A DNA stretch of 54,093 bases, counting the filler, from Bipalium vagum (Eukaryota), in assembly GCA_037834085.1 (NCBI GenBank). It is 3 parts of 3 records of this genome, joined end to end, with 100 filler letters (N's around TTAATTAATTAA, not from the genome) between each part and the next. Parts side by side here need not be neighbours in the genome. Positions count along the whole stretch, not along the records: positions 36,649 to 54,093 come from JBBMKC010065108.1; 2 more parts are not named here. The stretch is one strand, 5' to 3'. The position numbers were made by a program, and so were the translations under genes. Under the pieces are notes generated by a model. That model made no database searches, was not told where the DNA came from, and worked only from the letters and a program-made list of their open reading frames with translations. Positions 51,814-54,093 of the stretch are shown piece by piece (within the stretch, counting starts at the first letter, position 1; the number at the start of each line of letters is the position of its first letter).

Positions 51814-52863
51814 TTAAATGGTTTTTTCAATTCCATATCTATTTGATAATGTAGGACTGGCTAAAGATAAGCTGTGAATGGCGTTAGCTGTTAATCCTAG
51901 GCACCGCCATCTCTTGCTGGCCATTGTCTCTTTTAAATTATTTTCAATAATCGGAAAGATGTTCTTATTATTATGTCCTGACATACTTATCCACTGGTGT
52001 CTTAAAGCATCATCAAGAGAGATCCTCTGTAATGGACTAACTTTAAGAAGACAAGAAATAAAATTTTTGGCATCCTTACTAATAAAATTCCAATGTGGAG
52101 AGTGAAACTGAAAATTCCCTTCTAAAATCATTTTTCTGATTTCTTGATCATTTTGCTTTAAGGAATAAAACGGTGGATAACCACATAAAAGAATGTAACA
52201 TACAACCCCAATACTCCAATTATCAACTTTACAAGTATAAGGCATATTGGTAGACTTCGCTTTTAGCAGTTCTGGAGCAGAATAATCAAGGGTTCCACAG
52301 GTTGTAATCATGAAATCATCAATTTCTCGGGATAAACCAAAATCGGCAATAATGATTTTTGAATTATCTTCATGAGATTTAAATAATATATTTTCCGGTT
52401 TTATATCCCTGTGAATAAATCCTTTGTTATGCATAAAGTTGATCCCATCCATTATTTGCACTATGATAACAGCAGCATCATTTTCTGAGATTTTTCCTTT
52501 GGAAATAATATAATCAAATAATTCTCCACCATCGGCCAGCTCTATCACTAAAAATATATTTGATTCATCATCAATTATTTCGAATAATTTGACAAGATTT
52601 TCATGATTCAAGCTCTGCATTACTGATGCTTCTTTGTACAATATCTTTTTAATTTTTTTATATATGTCTCTATCATTGGAAAATGTGAAAGGATCTTTGG
52701 TTTTATCAGCTTGTTTAATGGCTACATACATTCCGGTGGCGGAATCCTTAGCTTTAAAAACTTCACAAAATCCACCTTCGCCCATTTTTTTTTCCAAAAT
52801 GTATCTCTTATTTTTGTTCGAAGAAAAGACCAAATTTTCATTGATATTTTTGGATAATTTCAT
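51814..52863 (-). CDS. Ca2+/calmodulin-dependent protein kinase I-like Ser/Thr kinase (divergent, uninterrupted ORF, 349 aa)
   Basis: [79 protein letters not shown]. The C-terminal [21 protein letters not shown] aligns with the CaMKI autoinhibitory/CaM-binding segment. Confidence 0.9.
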   Translation of the reverse strand: MKLSKNINENLVFSSNKNKRYILEKKMGEGGFCEVFKAKDSATGMYVAIKQADKTKDPFTFSNDRDIYKKIKKILYKEASVMQSLNHENLVKLFEIIDDESNIFLVIELADGGELFDYIISKGKISENDAAVIIVQIMDGINFMHNKGFIHRDIKPENILFKSHEDNSKIIIADFGLSREIDDFMITTCGTLDYSAPELLKAKSTNMPYTCKVDNWSIGVVCYILLCGYPPFYSLKQNDQEIRKMILEGNFQFHSPHWNFISKDAKNFISCLLKVSPLQRISLDDALRHQWISMSGHNNKNIFPIIENNLKETMASKRWRCLGLTANAIHSLSLASPTLSNRYGIEKTI

Positions 52864-53755
52864 TTTACTAATTTTTAATTATTCTCGTAAAGTAAATATT
52901 GATTTAAAAATGATTAAAGATTAAAAAATTAAAAACTTATGCAGAATAACATTTATTTTAGCTATTAACTAAATGTTGCATGGCGCACTTGTATCTTTGA
53001 TATATTCAATTAACCTTTTCTGTTGGGAAATATAAATCATTTTTTTAAGAAAAGAACGAAAATATGACAATAATAAATATGCAGATGATTACTTATGCAA
53101 ACACTTAAAAACATCATTTAATAAAATAAATAAATAAATAACCAAATTTTGTTTTAGGTATGTTATGCTTTGATGGAAATTGGTGATTAGTTTTCGTGAT
53201 ATTGTAATCGAAGTATGAATTTGTGAGCTTAGTCGAGCAGTTTAAGTTTCGCTTATTATCCAGCCTGTGTTGTCGTTTTTCTTGTTTTTTTTTCTAATTA
53301 ATATGACTCTTTTAACATAAGACATCAGACGGTTATGATGGTAAGAATTTTTAATAAAAATTAAAACTTATAAAATAAATTTTATTCCTAATTTTTCGTA
53401 ATATTTTTATTGTAAGAAGAAATTTATTTATCACATGTTAATTAATTAGTCTTAATTAAATTAATTTTTGATTATTCTTTGAATTAGTTTTCATTATGGT
53501 CATATTGAAGTTGATATTTAAATTGTTATTTTTATATTCTAATAACTAAATGTCTAGATCCAGAATTCAAATATCTTTACATAATCTTAAATATAATAAT
53601 GGTCGTTCGAAAAATCCCTGTCTCGAACATAAAAACATTAATAGTAAAATTTACAAAAAAAGAATGAAAAGTGCATTCTTCTAAACTATGAAATTCCAAA
53701 TTTTAATGCAATCTATCAATTTTTTTAAATAATCCAGTAACACTAAAATTATATA

Positions 53756-53859
53756 CAGTAAAACCTACTTAAATTGAACACCATATTGTCCTTGCTGATA
53801 AGTTCAAATTAGAGAGGTGTTCAGATAATCAAGGTGTTCAAGTTTAACAGGTTACATTA
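53756..53859. mobile_element. ~100-bp Tigger/pogo-type MITE
   Basis: TA|CAGTAAAACCTACTTAAATTGAACACC versus the reverse complement of the other end, ..AACCTGTTAAACTTGAACACC; internal GGTGTTCA subrepeats. Confidence 0.6.
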
Positions 53860-54093
53860 CACCTCTGTTTACACTTTTGTTCAATTTTACAAGGTTTTTG
53901 AAAAATAAAAATAAGGTAATTAAATTTAACAGCTTTAAATATCACAAAATTAAATAACGAATATGTAAACATTTATTCTTTATTAATAGATTGATCAATG
54001 GTGGTTTTTTTCAATACAGTTATCTTTTTAGATAATATTATTCGTTTTAATTCAGATAAAGAAGGTATTGTTGAATCCAAGTCATTAAAAATT

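Overview
Very AT-rich, intron-containing animal genomic DNA. A flatworm/planarian-like host is an inference from 40-53 nt introns, the TE content and protein divergence, and cannot be proven here. Two identical artificial 100-nt spacers (N44-TTAATTAATTAA-N44, at 16679-16778 and 36549-36648) cut the window into three segments, so adjacency across them is unverified. Three host genes: (1) a P1B copper-transporting ATPase (ATP7), 11 visible exons at 3958-16539 (+), missing its N-terminal exons and its last exons; (2) a complete 16-exon beta-spectrin at 17829-34298 (+), ~2315 aa; (3) a divergent CaMKI-like kinase with an uninterrupted ORF at 51814-52863 (-). Long introns and intergenic DNA are full of decayed elements: many mariner/Tc1/pogo copies, MITEs, Merlin-like remnants, a Gypsy element nested in a mariner, and a Polinton-like integrase scrap. 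The most notable unexplained structure is a pair of diverged LTR-like repeats (~35267-36245 +, ~38590-39251 -). They share only a ~98-nt GC-rich stem-loop capped by a GNRA tetraloop and a duplicated AATAAA-containing motif. No CRISPR array, rRNA or tRNA was seen, and I cannot support a new multi-gene system.
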